Positions 47,206-56,858 of a stretch of DNA of 64,000 nt are shown piece after piece. Each line of letters starts with the position of its first letter. Position 1 is the stretch's first letter. The notes under the pieces are model-generated. The model searched no databases, was not told where the DNA came from, and worked only from the letters and a program-made list of their open reading frames with translations. The stretch is from Chloroflexota bacterium (GTDB lineage Bacteria; Chloroflexota; Chloroflexia; QHBQ01), in NCBI GenBank assembly GCA_043754535.1, contig JAYUUN010000113.1:1-64000 (forward strand). The letters run 5' to 3'. Position numbers and translations under genes: made by a program.

Positions 47206-48792
47206 CTAACTTGCGCTGCGCGCCCGCGTCTTGGCCCAGTTCCGCAGGGTGGTAATGTCCTCGCGCATGGTCTGCGCCAGCGGCACTGTCGTGCGGATCG
47301 CGTTGAGGATATCGGCGTTGGTCAGGTCGTGGCCCTCATCAAAGGCATCGTAGAGGGCAGAGATGATCGCCTGCTCGATCTCGGCTCCGCTGAAGTTGTG
47401 GGCTGCGTCGGCCAGGGCAGGCAGGTCGAAGTGGGCAGGGTTGCGCCGCCGCTTGTGCAGGTGGATGGCGAAGATTGCGGCACGCTCCTCCTCGGTGGGC
47501 AGGTCTACGAAGAATATCTCGTCGAAGCGGCCCTTGCGCATCGCCTCTGGCGGTAGACTGCTGACGTTGTTGGCAGTGGCGATCACGAAGACAGGCGACT
47601 GCTTCTCTTGCATCCAGGTGAGGAAACTGGCGAAGACGCGGGCGGTTGTGCCACCGTCGCTACGCCCGCTAGAGGAGATGCCGCTCAGTCCCTTATCGAT
47701 CTCGTCCAGCCAGAGGATCGCTGGGGCGATGCTCTCAGCGGTTCGCAATGCCGCCCTCATGTTCTCCTCCGACGAGCCAACCATCTCGCTGAAGACCTTG
47801 CCCAGGTCGAGCTTGAGCAGGGGCAGCTTCCAGAGGCTGGCGACCGCCTTCGCCACCAAGCTCTTGCCACTACCCTGCACGCCGAGCAGCAGGATGCCGC
47901 GTGGCTCTGGCAGGCCAAACCGTCGCGCCTCCTCGCTGAAGGCCAATTGCCGCTTGTGTAGCCAGCCCTTGAGCGTAGCCAACCCACCAACATCGTCCAG
48001 CCCAGCGATGGTGCTGTAGTATTCTAGCACGCGATTGCGGCGGATCAGTTGCTCCTTCTCAGCCGCGACGATGCCGCTATCCAGCCGTCGGGTGAGGACA
48101 AGTGAGCGGGCAAAAGCGTTCTCCGCCTCGCCAGTGGTCAGCCCTTGTGCGGCCCGCAGCACGTCAGCGCGGTTGCCGTCTTCAAGCTGCACCTTGAGGC
48201 CGCTACGTCGCACCGAGGAGAGGACGCGGCCCAGGGCCTCATCCAATTCGTCCACGTTCGGCAAGGCATAGTCGCAGACGGTGATTTCCTTCTCCAACTC
48301 TGGGGGATAGCGCAGCAAGGGGGAGAGGATAACCAGCGTCTTGTGGCTTTCCTTCAGTTGGGCGGCCACGTCGCGCAGCTTGCGGACGACAGGGGCGCAA
48401 CTGGCCCCCAGCTTACCCTCGTCAATGTAGGGGTGGAAGTCCTTAAGGATGAAAATCGCGGCCTCGCGTGCGCTGCTGATGTAATCCAGCACTTGCAGCG
48501 GGTCTTTGGCGGTGGGGTCTACGCTCTGGGGGGTTGGGCCATCCAGGTTGACGATACCCTCGGTCACAGTCCAGGCATAGAGGTGCTTGCTGCGGCGCAG
48601 GCAGATGCGGCGCAGGCTGGCTTCCACCCGCCCCTCCTCCCAGGAGACGATGTAGAGTAGGGGATAGCGGGCGCGCACCAAGACATCAAGCTCCTCCTCG
48701 CGGTTGAGGGGAGCGGTAGGCAGACGCAGCGGCAATCGCTCGTCCGGCTCGTTATCAGAGACAGCCTGCTTGACAGGTTCGCGCAGTAGCAT
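47206..48792 (-). CDS. Ycf46-type AAA+ ATPase
   Basis: [20 protein letters not shown], Walker A GVQGSGKS, Walker B LWLDE, RKGRFDE, LR.WA..RAR.AS; start reset from the promoter position. Confidence 0.92.
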   Translation of the reverse strand: MLLREPVKQAVSDNEPDERLPLRLPTAPLNREEELDVLVRARYPLLYIVSWEEGRVEASLRRICLRRSKHLYAWTVTEGIVNLDGPTPQSVDPTAKDPLQVLDYISSAREAAIFILKDFHPYIDEGKLGASCAPVVRKLRDVAAQLKESHKTLVILSPLLRYPPELEKEITVCDYALPNVDELDEALGRVLSSVRRSGLKVQLEDGNRADVLRAAQGLTTGEAENAFARSLVLTRRLDSGIVAAEKEQLIRRNRVLEYYSTIAGLDDVGGLATLKGWLHKRQLAFSEEARRFGLPEPRGILLLGVQGSGKSLVAKAVASLWKLPLLKLDLGKVFSEMVGSSEENMRAALRTAESIAPAILWLDEIDKGLSGISSSGRSDGGTTARVFASFLTWMQEKQSPVFVIATANNVSSLPPEAMRKGRFDEIFFVDLPTEEERAAIFAIHLHKRRRNPAHFDLPALADAAHNFSGAEIEQAIISALYDAFDEGHDLTNADILNAIRTTVPLAQTMREDITTLRNWAKTRARSAS

Positions 48793-48842
48793 CAGTCGTG
48801 GCCCTCGACTGGGGATGGACGGTAGCCCGCCCTTGTGCAACT

Positions 48843-48959
48843 ATTGTAGCACACGCCTGCGGTTATGTCAACAGCCCTGCTTATGTTGCGGTTTCGGGCT
48901 GGCAGGGGCAGCCGATTAGACAGCCCAGGCTTGACAGCAGCAGCAAAATCAGTTACATT
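48843..48959. promoter_or_regulatory. Divergent sigma70 promoters
   Basis: Minus strand: TTGACA(48871)-17-TACAAT. Plus strand: TTGACA(48931)-17-TACATT. Confidence 0.7.
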
Positions 48960-48985
48960 ACCTTCCAACTAGATGGAGGCAACCC

Positions 48986-49870
48986 ATGCAGCAGACCAGT
49001 GAACCAAACCACCCAGACTGGGCTGAACACTCGCTAACCAGCGCGCTCGGCTGGCTGGCTCTGGGCGGGGTAGCCTACGCTGTTTGCTTCGGCAAGTACA
49101 CCAACCTCTACATTGCGCCGAACATGATCTGGCTAGTGGCGGGCGGCGGCGGCATCGCGCTGTTGGTTGGCCTCTTTCAACTGGCCGCTAACCTGCTTAG
49201 TCGCGGCAGCCCGCCTGTCCACCAGCCGCTAATTGTGCGTGGGCTGGCGATCCTGTTGTTGGCTTCTCCGCTCATCTTCTACTTCGCTGTTACCCCACGC
49301 TCGTTCGGGGCTGACACGATCCGCACTGGCGGCACGATCTCGATGATCGGCGTAGGTCAGGTTGACCCGCAACGGGCGGCGGAGGCTCAGGCGAGCAAGC
49401 CACCCAGGCAACTCAGCGGTCTCGACGGCGCGCCAACCGTCACCCCAGAGCCGGAACTGGGCAGCAACAACGCGGCGGGGGTCTGGTCGCCAACGCTGGT
49501 GCAGTTGAGCCAAGCCCTCGACCAGGAGGCCGACGCTACGCTTGGCAAGCCGCTGCACGTCCTCGGCTTTGTCTACCGCGAGGCGGGTTTGCCGCAGGGT
49601 ACCTTCGTTCTCACCCGCTTTGCTACCATCCACTGCGCGGCAGAAGCGCGCCCGCTCGGTATGCTGGTTGCAGCCGACGAGGCTAACCACCTGAACGAGG
49701 GCCAATGGGTCTGGGTTGAGGGCGTGGCAGGGTTGACCAAAATCGACGGGGCGGATCAGCCACAGATCGTCGCCAGCAAGGTGCGGCCAACGCGGGAGCC
49801 TGGCGATCCCTACCTGATGCTCTCCAGTGGGCTAGCGAAACAGTACCAACCACAAGTGGTGGGTAGATGA
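48986..49870 (+). CDS. DUF1980 / TIGR03943 family membrane protein
   Basis: LYIAP, GFVY, RF...HCAAEA.P.G, WV.VEG, P.DPY. Confidence 0.85.
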   Translation: MQQTSEPNHPDWAEHSLTSALGWLALGGVAYAVCFGKYTNLYIAPNMIWLVAGGGGIALLVGLFQLAANLLSRGSPPVHQPLIVRGLAILLLASPLIFYFAVTPRSFGADTIRTGGTISMIGVGQVDPQRAAEAQASKPPRQLSGLDGAPTVTPEPELGSNNAAGVWSPTLVQLSQALDQEADATLGKPLHVLGFVYREAGLPQGTFVLTRFATIHCAAEARPLGMLVAADEANHLNEGQWVWVEGVAGLTKIDGADQPQIVASKVRPTREPGDPYLMLSSGLAKQYQPQVVGR

Positions 49871-51240
49871 ACGGCACGCTTTGCTGCCTGCAATGCCAGA
49901 CCAGCAACAAGGAGAACGACAGTACCTGCAAGGGATGCGGGATGCCGCTTGCCACCGCCCGCGCCTACCGTTATCTTGATCGCGCCGAGGAGGAGATTGG
50001 GCATAGCCACTATGATGCTGCCCGCCTGCACATGGCGAAAGCGGACGGCGAGCTATTGGCAAACCCACCCGGCGATAGCCAGCGGGATGCGATGCGCGCT
50101 CGTGCCTACTACCTGCAAGGGCGCATCTACTATCACACCAGCTTGCTGGCCGAGGCTGACGCAGAGTTGCTGGCAGCCCGTCAGCAGCTTGCTGGGTTGA
50201 CTGGGCAGGAGGAGATGCAGGCGAACGTGCTGAACCTGCTAGGCAATGTGCAGTACCTGCAAGGGCATGAGCAAGAGGCCAAAGCCTACTACGAGCAAAG
50301 TGGCGAAGTGGCAACCCAGGGGGGCGCGCACAAGGTGGCCGCCAAGGTGAGCAGCAACCTCGGCCACATCAGCCTGAGCCGTGGTGAGATAGATCAGGCG
50401 GTCTACTACTATGAGCGTGGCATAAATGAAGCGATAGCAGGCGGCGATAGCCCTACCCTTGCCACCATCTACCTGGCCCTGGCCTTGCTCTACGCCGCTT
50501 GCGGCCCTTTCTCCCGCGCTTACGAGTACACCAGCAAAGCCCTCGATCTACGTGAACAACTGAAGGATGACGGTCGCCTGCTGACCATCATCTGCGACGC
50601 GGGCAATGTCTACCTGGCGGCTGGGCGGCTGGAGGAGGCCGAACGCTACCTGCGTGATGCCTACCAGATCACGCAGCAAACCGAGAACCGCATGGGTATG
50701 GATGGGGTGTTGAGCAGTCTGGCCGAGATGAACCGTCAGTTGGGGCGCAACGAGGCGTGGTTCAACGCCGCCTCCCGCGCCTTCAACTACCCGGCTGGGA
50801 TGGTGATCTGGCGCAACGAGGCGGCTCTGCAACTGGCCTTCTACTTCATCACCCATAGCGAGTGGGTGCAGGCGCGCAAGTACATCACCTGGCTGCGGAA
50901 CGCGCTTGGCCCTAAGGCTAACGACGACCATCGTATCTACCGGGCCGAGGCTCTGCTGGCCGCCGCCCAGAACCGCTGGCCCGAAGCAGCCAGCAACTTC
51001 GCGGCGGCTATTGAACGGCTGCTGGCAATGCGCGAGCTTACCACCCTCGCCCTGGTACGCCGTGAGTATGCTGCTAGCCTCGTGCGGGAGGCTGCTAGCG
51101 ACCCGGCAGGGGGGAAGATGGCGGCAGCCCACGAGCAACTGACCGAGGCCGCCGCCATCTACCAGCGGCTGGGCCTTGACCAGCGGCAAGCCGCAGTGGA
51201 ACTAGAGCTTCGCCAACTCGACCAGTTTGCATCCACATAG
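49867..51240 (+). CDS. Zinc-ribbon + TPR protein (paralog 1)
   Basis: CLQC..N......CKGCG, then TPR-like helical repeats. Confidence 0.8.
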   Translation: MNGTLCCLQCQTSNKENDSTCKGCGMPLATARAYRYLDRAEEEIGHSHYDAARLHMAKADGELLANPPGDSQRDAMRARAYYLQGRIYYHTSLLAEADAELLAARQQLAGLTGQEEMQANVLNLLGNVQYLQGHEQEAKAYYEQSGEVATQGGAHKVAAKVSSNLGHISLSRGEIDQAVYYYERGINEAIAGGDSPTLATIYLALALLYAACGPFSRAYEYTSKALDLREQLKDDGRLLTIICDAGNVYLAAGRLEEAERYLRDAYQITQQTENRMGMDGVLSSLAEMNRQLGRNEAWFNAASRAFNYPAGMVIWRNEAALQLAFYFITHSEWVQARKYITWLRNALGPKANDDHRIYRAEALLAAAQNRWPEAASNFAAAIERLLAMRELTTLALVRREYAASLVREAASDPAGGKMAAAHEQLTEAAAIYQRLGLDQRQAAVELELRQLDQFAST

Positions 51241-51351
51241 CTAATCTGGTATACTGATTGACAGCCTGTACAATAGCAGTTGCGCCCAACCTCTATCCAA
51301 CCCAGGGCAGCCCTTCAGGTAGGCTGGTCCTCCAACATAGCAAGGTAGCCA

Positions 51352-52755
51352 ATGGAATGTCTCGCCTGCCACGCCGTCAATGCCGACAGAGTCCGCTCCT
51401 GCACCGTTTGTAGTGCTTCGCTGATCCCAGCCCGTACCCAATGGGAGCTTGATCGTGCCGAGGTAGAGATCAAGAAGGGCCGCTTTGAACTGGCTGCCCT
51501 ACACCTGGCGAAAGCGGACGGTAGCCTCTTGCAGCTACCTGCCAGCGACAACTATCGCCAATTCCTCAGCGCACGCGCCTTCTGGCTGCAAGGGCTGATT
51601 TACTACTATCATGCTCAGACCGATGCGGCGGCAGCGGAGATGGCCCAGGCCGCCGACCTGCTGGAAGGCTATACAGGCGGTGAGGGGTTGCGCGCGCAAG
51701 CCTTGATCAACCTGGGCAATATCAACTATTACAAGGGTCACATGGAGGTAGCTGCTAGCTACTACGACCAGGCTACCGAGATGGCGGTGCTGGCCGGGGC
51801 GCACACTGCCGCCGCACGTGCGATGAACAACCGCGCCAACATCCATTCTGCGCACGGGCAGAGTGTGGATGCGCTCAACCTCTACCATGCTGCCCTGCAC
51901 CAGGCAGAACTGAGTGGTGATGCAACGGCTCTGGCAGGCTGCTATCGCCTGCTGTCTGCTACCTACCAGCAGATCGGCCCCTACAGTCAGGCTCTGGAGT
52001 TCGTGAACAAGGCTCTTAGCCTGCGCGGGCAGATTGACGACCAGGCTGTTGTTTGCCAGATCATCAACCAGGCTGCCAGCCTCTACCTCACCTATGGCGA
52101 CCTTGAGCAGGCCGAGCAGTACCTGCGCGAGGCTTACGACCAGGCTCGCCGCGAGGGCAACAAGCTATTGCAATGGGAGATTGTTAACAATCTGATCGAG
52201 TTGAGCAGACAAAAGGGCGATACTGAACGCTGGTTCAACTATGCTAGCCGCACCTTCAACAATCCCAGTACTACGCTGGGCAAGACTAGTGCCGCCCTGC
52301 AACTGGTGCGTTACTACCTGAGCCAGAGCGAAGCCGAGCAGGCCCGCATCTACGTGCGCTGGCTGAAGAACAATGCGTTGGCCGCTGATCGCCAGCTTGA
52401 AGATGAGCTAATGTACAACCAGGCCGCTGCCTTGCTGCACACTGCTGAAGAAAGCTGGGGCGTGGCCGACTCCTTCTTCCAGCGGGCGATAGAGGTTGCG
52501 GCAGAGCAGGACAACCCGATCAGTGAGGCGGAAGTATGCGAGGAGTATGCTGCCATGCTACGCCAGCAAGCCAGCAGCGAGAACAGCCACACGGCAGCCA
52601 GCCACGCCGAGGCTACCCTACGCCGTGCTGCTGACCTCTACCGCCAACTGGGTATACCGAGTCGCTTGCAAGCGGTGGAGATCGCCCTGCGCCAGCCGCA
52701 GCCGGAGAGCAGGTCAGAGCTAGCGGTTGACAAGTTGAAGCAGGCTCAACTCTGA
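51352..52755 (+). CDS. Zinc-ribbon + TPR protein (paralog 2)
   Basis: CLAC..N......CTVC; shares LDRAE.EI, AKADG.LL and ARA..LQG.IYYH with paralog 1. Confidence 0.8.
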   Translation: MECLACHAVNADRVRSCTVCSASLIPARTQWELDRAEVEIKKGRFELAALHLAKADGSLLQLPASDNYRQFLSARAFWLQGLIYYYHAQTDAAAAEMAQAADLLEGYTGGEGLRAQALINLGNINYYKGHMEVAASYYDQATEMAVLAGAHTAAARAMNNRANIHSAHGQSVDALNLYHAALHQAELSGDATALAGCYRLLSATYQQIGPYSQALEFVNKALSLRGQIDDQAVVCQIINQAASLYLTYGDLEQAEQYLREAYDQARREGNKLLQWEIVNNLIELSRQKGDTERWFNYASRTFNNPSTTLGKTSAALQLVRYYLSQSEAEQARIYVRWLKNNALAADRQLEDELMYNQAAALLHTAEESWGVADSFFQRAIEVAAEQDNPISEAEVCEEYAAMLRQQASSENSHTAASHAEATLRRAADLYRQLGIPSRLQAVEIALRQPQPESRSELAVDKLKQAQL

Positions 52756-52839
52756 CGCTTGCCAGCCACCCTGTGCTGTGCTACAATATAGCCCTTGACC
52801 ACCATCCAGCCACTTTAGGGACACAGGTTTGAACCCCTC

Positions 52840-54177
52840 ATGCTACCAGATCAAGAGACAGCAGCAAAGAACCCAGCCGACGAGGGGGTGGCTGACCAGC
52901 TAGCCGCTCGGTTGCTGGGCTACCTTGAACGCTCGGAGGCCGAAGTCTACGCCGGTCGCTACGACGAGGCGCGTAGCTCTCTGTTGCGGGCCGACCAGGA
53001 GATATTCGCGCTGCCCAGCGACCACCCGGAGCGGCACCCGCTGGCCGCCCGTGCCTACTGGCTGCAAGGGATGATCTACTACCACAATGACCGCACGAAG
53101 GAGGCCCGCGAGGAGTTGTTGGCTGCCCAACACGAACTGGTGGGCCTGGTGGGGCAAGAGTCGCTCCTCAGCCGCATCCTCAACCAGCTTGGCAACCTTG
53201 AGTACCTGGCGGGGCAGTCGGAGGCGGCGGTGCTACTCTACCAGCAGAGCAGTGCAGCGGCTTTGGCCTGTGGTAACCACAATGTTGCGGCGACCGTGAT
53301 GAGCAATCTTGGCAATGTCTATATTGACCTGGGCCGCATTGAGGAAGCCAGCAAGCTGTTCGAGCAGAGTTTGCAGGAGGCGCAGGAGGGTGGGCAGGTG
53401 GCCGCCGCCGCTGCAACTCTGCGGGCAATGGCTCTACTGCACGCCGAGTACGGCCCAGTCGCGCTTGGTCTCAAGTACGCAGATGAGGCAATGGCCTTGC
53501 ATGAGCGCATTGAGGATCAGGCTCGCCTGCTGACCGTCCTCTCCGACTGCGGCCACGTCTACCTGATCGCAGGCAATCTGGATCGGGCCGAGGTCTGCTT
53601 CCAGAAGGCTCTTGTCCTTGCCCAGCAGCGCGAGGGGAAGTTGGGGCTAGATGGAGTACTGGTCGCTATGGCCGAGTTGAACCGCTACAAGGGAGATGAC
53701 AAGGGTTGGTACAGCAGCGCGATCCAGGCCTTCAACCACGCCTCTGGCACGAACTACTGGAAGGAGGCGGCTGCGGCCCAGCTAGCCCGCTACTACCTTG
53801 ACCGTCCCGACTGGCCGAAGGCTCGCAAGTACATCACCTGGTTGCGGGAGCATCTGGCCGCGCGTTCGGTGAGCATCGGGCAGGCGCAGTTCGCGCACGT
53901 CGAGGCTATCTATCACATCGTCAGTGGGCAGTGGGCAGCGGCAGCCCCCTACTTTGCGGTCGTGGTCGCAACGCTGAAGGATACCCCTTACCGCTACGAC
54001 CTTGCCTGGTTCTACGAGGATCACGGTAGGATGCTGAAGCAGGTGGCGGTTGCGCTGCATAGCGAGGAGGCCAACCAGCAGAGCCAGGCCAGCCTGCAAG
54101 TGGCTCGCGACCTCTACGCAAAGATACAGCACGAGAGCAAGCTGGCTGAGCTAGATGCTCTGTTGGCTACTCACTGA
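52840..54177 (+). CDS. TPR protein (paralog 3, lacks zinc ribbon)
   Basis: ARAYWLQGMIYYH and ARKYITWLR shared with paralog 1; own promoter TTGCCA-17-TACAAT. Confidence 0.8.
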   Translation: MLPDQETAAKNPADEGVADQLAARLLGYLERSEAEVYAGRYDEARSSLLRADQEIFALPSDHPERHPLAARAYWLQGMIYYHNDRTKEAREELLAAQHELVGLVGQESLLSRILNQLGNLEYLAGQSEAAVLLYQQSSAAALACGNHNVAATVMSNLGNVYIDLGRIEEASKLFEQSLQEAQEGGQVAAAAATLRAMALLHAEYGPVALGLKYADEAMALHERIEDQARLLTVLSDCGHVYLIAGNLDRAEVCFQKALVLAQQREGKLGLDGVLVAMAELNRYKGDDKGWYSSAIQAFNHASGTNYWKEAAAAQLARYYLDRPDWPKARKYITWLREHLAARSVSIGQAQFAHVEAIYHIVSGQWAAAAPYFAVVVATLKDTPYRYDLAWFYEDHGRMLKQVAVALHSEEANQQSQASLQVARDLYAKIQHESKLAELDALLATH

Positions 54178-54526
54178 TCGGGCGGCCATGCCCATCGCGC
54201 TTGAGCTTGTGGTTGCCAGGGGTGGCCTGATAGCGCAGCCGCTCTACCGGCTGGCCGCCCTGTAGATGTTCGCTGAAGATTGCCTCCGCGTCCGCGACGG
54301 TCAGGCCGCTGTACCAGACATCCTCTGGGTAGACGACGGCCATTGGCCCATGCCCGCACTGGTTGAGGCAGCCCGCCTGGTTGATGCGGATCGTCTCGGT
54401 CAGCCCCGCTTGCTTGACCAGGTGTTTGAGCCGCTTCTGCACGCCCACACCGTCACCATCCTGCTCGACGCACCATTCGCCACTGGTGCAGACAAACACG
54501 TGCCTCTCAAACTGGCCCATTGGCAA
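54167..54526 (-). CDS. Thioredoxin-like [2Fe-2S] ferredoxin
   Basis: HVFVCT...C, GCLNQCGHGP, VYPEDVWY. Confidence 0.9.
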   Translation of the reverse strand: MPMGQFERHVFVCTSGEWCVEQDGDGVGVQKRLKHLVKQAGLTETIRINQAGCLNQCGHGPMAVVYPEDVWYSGLTVADAEAIFSEHLQGGQPVERLRYQATPGNHKLKRDGHGRPISE

Positions 54527-54578
54527 GCTCCAATCAAGCCGTCCCCCCCATAGAGCAGGGAGGGGCGCAGGGTAGCGG

Positions 54579-55151
54579 CTAATACTTTTCGTTGTGGACA
54601 GTCTCGCTCAGCGGTTTGCGACCAATTTGCGGCGTACCACGCCCTGCTACTCCACCCGGCCCCGCCATCATCGCTGGTGGCTCGCCGGGATAGCCCATAG
54701 CGATCACAGTGCGTACCATGCCCTCGGCGGGGATACCCAAGATTTGTTTGACCTGCGTCGGCGAGTCGCCGCTGAACCAGGCCAGGGCTGCGCCCAAACC
54801 TTGCGCTGCCGCTGCCAGCATGATCCGCTCTGTCAGTCGCCCCTCGTCGTAGCTAACTGCCAGTGCGTCCTTGTACTCGTTCTCGTGCATCACCAGGATG
54901 ATGCCAGCCGGTGCGCCCGCTGCCAGCCAGCGCGTGTTGGGGGCGAGCATCCCCAGTTGACGCAGCTTCTGGCTGTCGCGGATGACCACGAACTCCCAGG
55001 GCTGGGTGTTGCCTGCGCTACCCGTCCAACGAGCAACTTCAAGGATATTGTCCAACACTTCATCCGGCACCGACTGCTGTTGGAAGAAGCGGTTCTGGCG
55101 CAAGCCGCGTAGCAGTTCAATCTTGTCATCAGCCCCTTGTATCTCAGCCAT
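54579..55151 (-). CDS. Nitroreductase family protein
   Basis: R..R.F...VP, SAGNTQPWEFVV, MLAA...GLG, MGYP, RKPL. Confidence 0.92.
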   Translation of the reverse strand: MAEIQGADDKIELLRGLRQNRFFQQQSVPDEVLDNILEVARWTGSAGNTQPWEFVVIRDSQKLRQLGMLAPNTRWLAAGAPAGIILVMHENEYKDALAVSYDEGRLTERIMLAAAAQGLGAALAWFSGDSPTQVKQILGIPAEGMVRTVIAMGYPGEPPAMMAGPGGVAGRGTPQIGRKPLSETVHNEKY

Positions 55152-55194
55152 CTATGTTCTCCTCTGTGGTGTAGCGTCTTATGCGCTTGGAACG

Positions 55195-55212
55195 AGTGGA
55201 CAATTGTCCACT
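55195..55212. promoter_or_regulatory. Perfect 18-bp palindromic operator candidate
   Basis: AGTGGACAATTGTCCACT just downstream of a TGcTATAAG -10 for the nitroreductase. Confidence 0.7.
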
Positions 55213-55403
55213 TGCCTTATAGCATAAAGGGGGCCACCTCAACCTTGCTCCTGCGGCAACTGTCCACCTGCTACTGGGCTCTCGTGCTGCTGCAAGGAGT
55301 ACCAGAGCTTAGCGGTGCCAGCGTAATGATGAACATGGCTGGGAGAGGATAGGTTAGTAGCGGCGGGCGATCTTGCAGGTTGGTGTCCACAGCTTCAGCC
55401 TAC

Positions 55404-55691
55404 TCATTGTTCAGTAGCCTCTTGCTCTGGCAGCCGCCGCACTGTCACCAGGCGGTAACGCTCGTCACCACGCACGCTGTCAAAGGCGGGGTCGTCGAGG
55501 GCGCGCACGCGGTAGCTGTCGTCTAGTTCGGCAGCAAAGCCCAGCCAGCGGGTGGCCTGGGCCGGGTCGGCGCGACTGGCCGCCTCTTGGGCCGTCGCAT
55601 AGTACTCGGCAGCGAGATCGCTGGCCCGCTCATCCTCTGGCTCCTTGCCGCCGCCGCTGCCACCAAGTAGCTGTCTCAACCTATCCAGCAT
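55404..55691 (-). CDS. Small TPR-end-like hypothetical protein
   Basis: A.ELD..Y...A.DDPAFDSVR motif, similar to the C-terminus of the TPR protein at 20681. Confidence 0.6.
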   Translation of the reverse strand: MLDRLRQLLGGSGGGKEPEDERASDLAAEYYATAQEAASRADPAQATRWLGFAAELDDSYRVRALDDPAFDSVRGDERYRLVTVRRLPEQEATEQ

Positions 55692-55713
55692 AAGTGTTCC
55701 TGTCTGCGTTGCA

Positions 55714-56766
55714 CTAACGCTCGGCTGCGACCAGCGGGATGATGCCTGTCAACTCGCCTTCGCCAGCTTCGTAGCTAGCGGGGGCTTCCTCGTTGCCGTA
55801 CCAGGCCAGCCCCTCGCCGCTGCTCAAGTGATCCTGGATGTAGCCCTGCTCGATGCCAGCTTCCTCCCAGGCCTGCATTGCAGCATCGTACTCGTCCCAG
55901 CGCAAGGCACGGTTCAGCCCCCACTTCTTGTCGGTTACGGCTCGATAGGCGGGGAAGTATTGATCCATCAGGCTCACGTACACATCGGGGCCAAGATTAC
56001 CGCCAATCCACTGCATCACCTCGCGCACCTGGCTGAGGCCATTGGGCAAGACCAGGTGGCGCACGATCAGCCCGCGCCGAATTATGCCATGCTCGTCCTC
56101 GATCACCCCACCCACCTGGCGGTACATCTCCTTCAGGGCGGCGCGGTTGTGGATCACGTAGTCGGGGAAGCCAGAGAGCTTCTTGGCAATCTCGCTGTCA
56201 CCATACTTCGCGTCGGGCAGGTAGATATCCACCACGCCATCCAGATAGCGCAGGGCGCGCAGGTTCTCATAGCCGTCGCTGTTGTAGAGCAGGGGCAGGC
56301 GGAAGCCGAGCGGGATCGCTTCGAGCAAGGCAGAGATGATGTGCGGCATATACTGGGTAGGGGAGACGAAATCAATATTGTGTGCGCCGCGCTGCTGTAG
56401 ATCGATCATCATCGCGGCCATTTCGCTGATCGTGCGCTTCTTGCCGCGACTGAACTGGCTGAGGCTGAAGTTCTGGCAGAACATACAGCGGCCCTGGCAG
56501 TTGGCGAAGAAGATGGTACCAGCCCCGCCAGTGCCGGTCAGCCCCGGCTCCTCCCCCCAGTGCAGGTTGTGGCTGGTGATCAGCAGGTCGGCAGTCGAGC
56601 GGCAGACCCCCTTGTGGCCCGCCACGCGATCCACAGCGCAATCGTGGGGGCAGAGCAGGCAAGAGCGCATCTCGCGCTGCCACAACTCGTCGCTGCGCCG
56701 CTGCAATTCGCCGCTTGCGTATAGCTCAAGATAAGAAGGATATGTAGAGTAGTAGAACTGGCTCAT
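55714..56766 (-). CDS. pflX: PflX-like radical SAM protein
   Basis: CLLCPHDC..DR, HWGEE, CQGRCMFCQN, VDIYLPDAKYG, VRHLVLP. Confidence 0.9.
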   Translation of the reverse strand: MSQFYYSTYPSYLELYASGELQRRSDELWQREMRSCLLCPHDCAVDRVAGHKGVCRSTADLLITSHNLHWGEEPGLTGTGGAGTIFFANCQGRCMFCQNFSLSQFSRGKKRTISEMAAMMIDLQQRGAHNIDFVSPTQYMPHIISALLEAIPLGFRLPLLYNSDGYENLRALRYLDGVVDIYLPDAKYGDSEIAKKLSGFPDYVIHNRAALKEMYRQVGGVIEDEHGIIRRGLIVRHLVLPNGLSQVREVMQWIGGNLGPDVYVSLMDQYFPAYRAVTDKKWGLNRALRWDEYDAAMQAWEEAGIEQGYIQDHLSSGEGLAWYGNEEAPASYEAGEGELTGIIPLVAAER

Positions 56767-56810
56767 GGTTGCCCCCTGCTTTCGGTAGGAGCATTATAGC
56801 AAGGATAGTG

Positions 56811-56841
56811 GTGGAGGGCAAGCCAACCGCTTGCCCTCCAC
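56811..56841 (-). terminator. Perfect 13-bp hairpin after the TPR membrane gene
   Basis: GTGGAGGGCAAGC-caacc-GCTTGCCCTCCAC. Confidence 0.7.
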
Positions 56842-56858
56842 TCCCCTTCGGCAGCGGC

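Noticed and set aside
51241..52839. Small signalling-peptide genes between the TPR paralogs (RRNPP-style)
   Set aside because: The two intergenic gaps contain promoter-like elements but no RBS-led ORF with a signal peptide.
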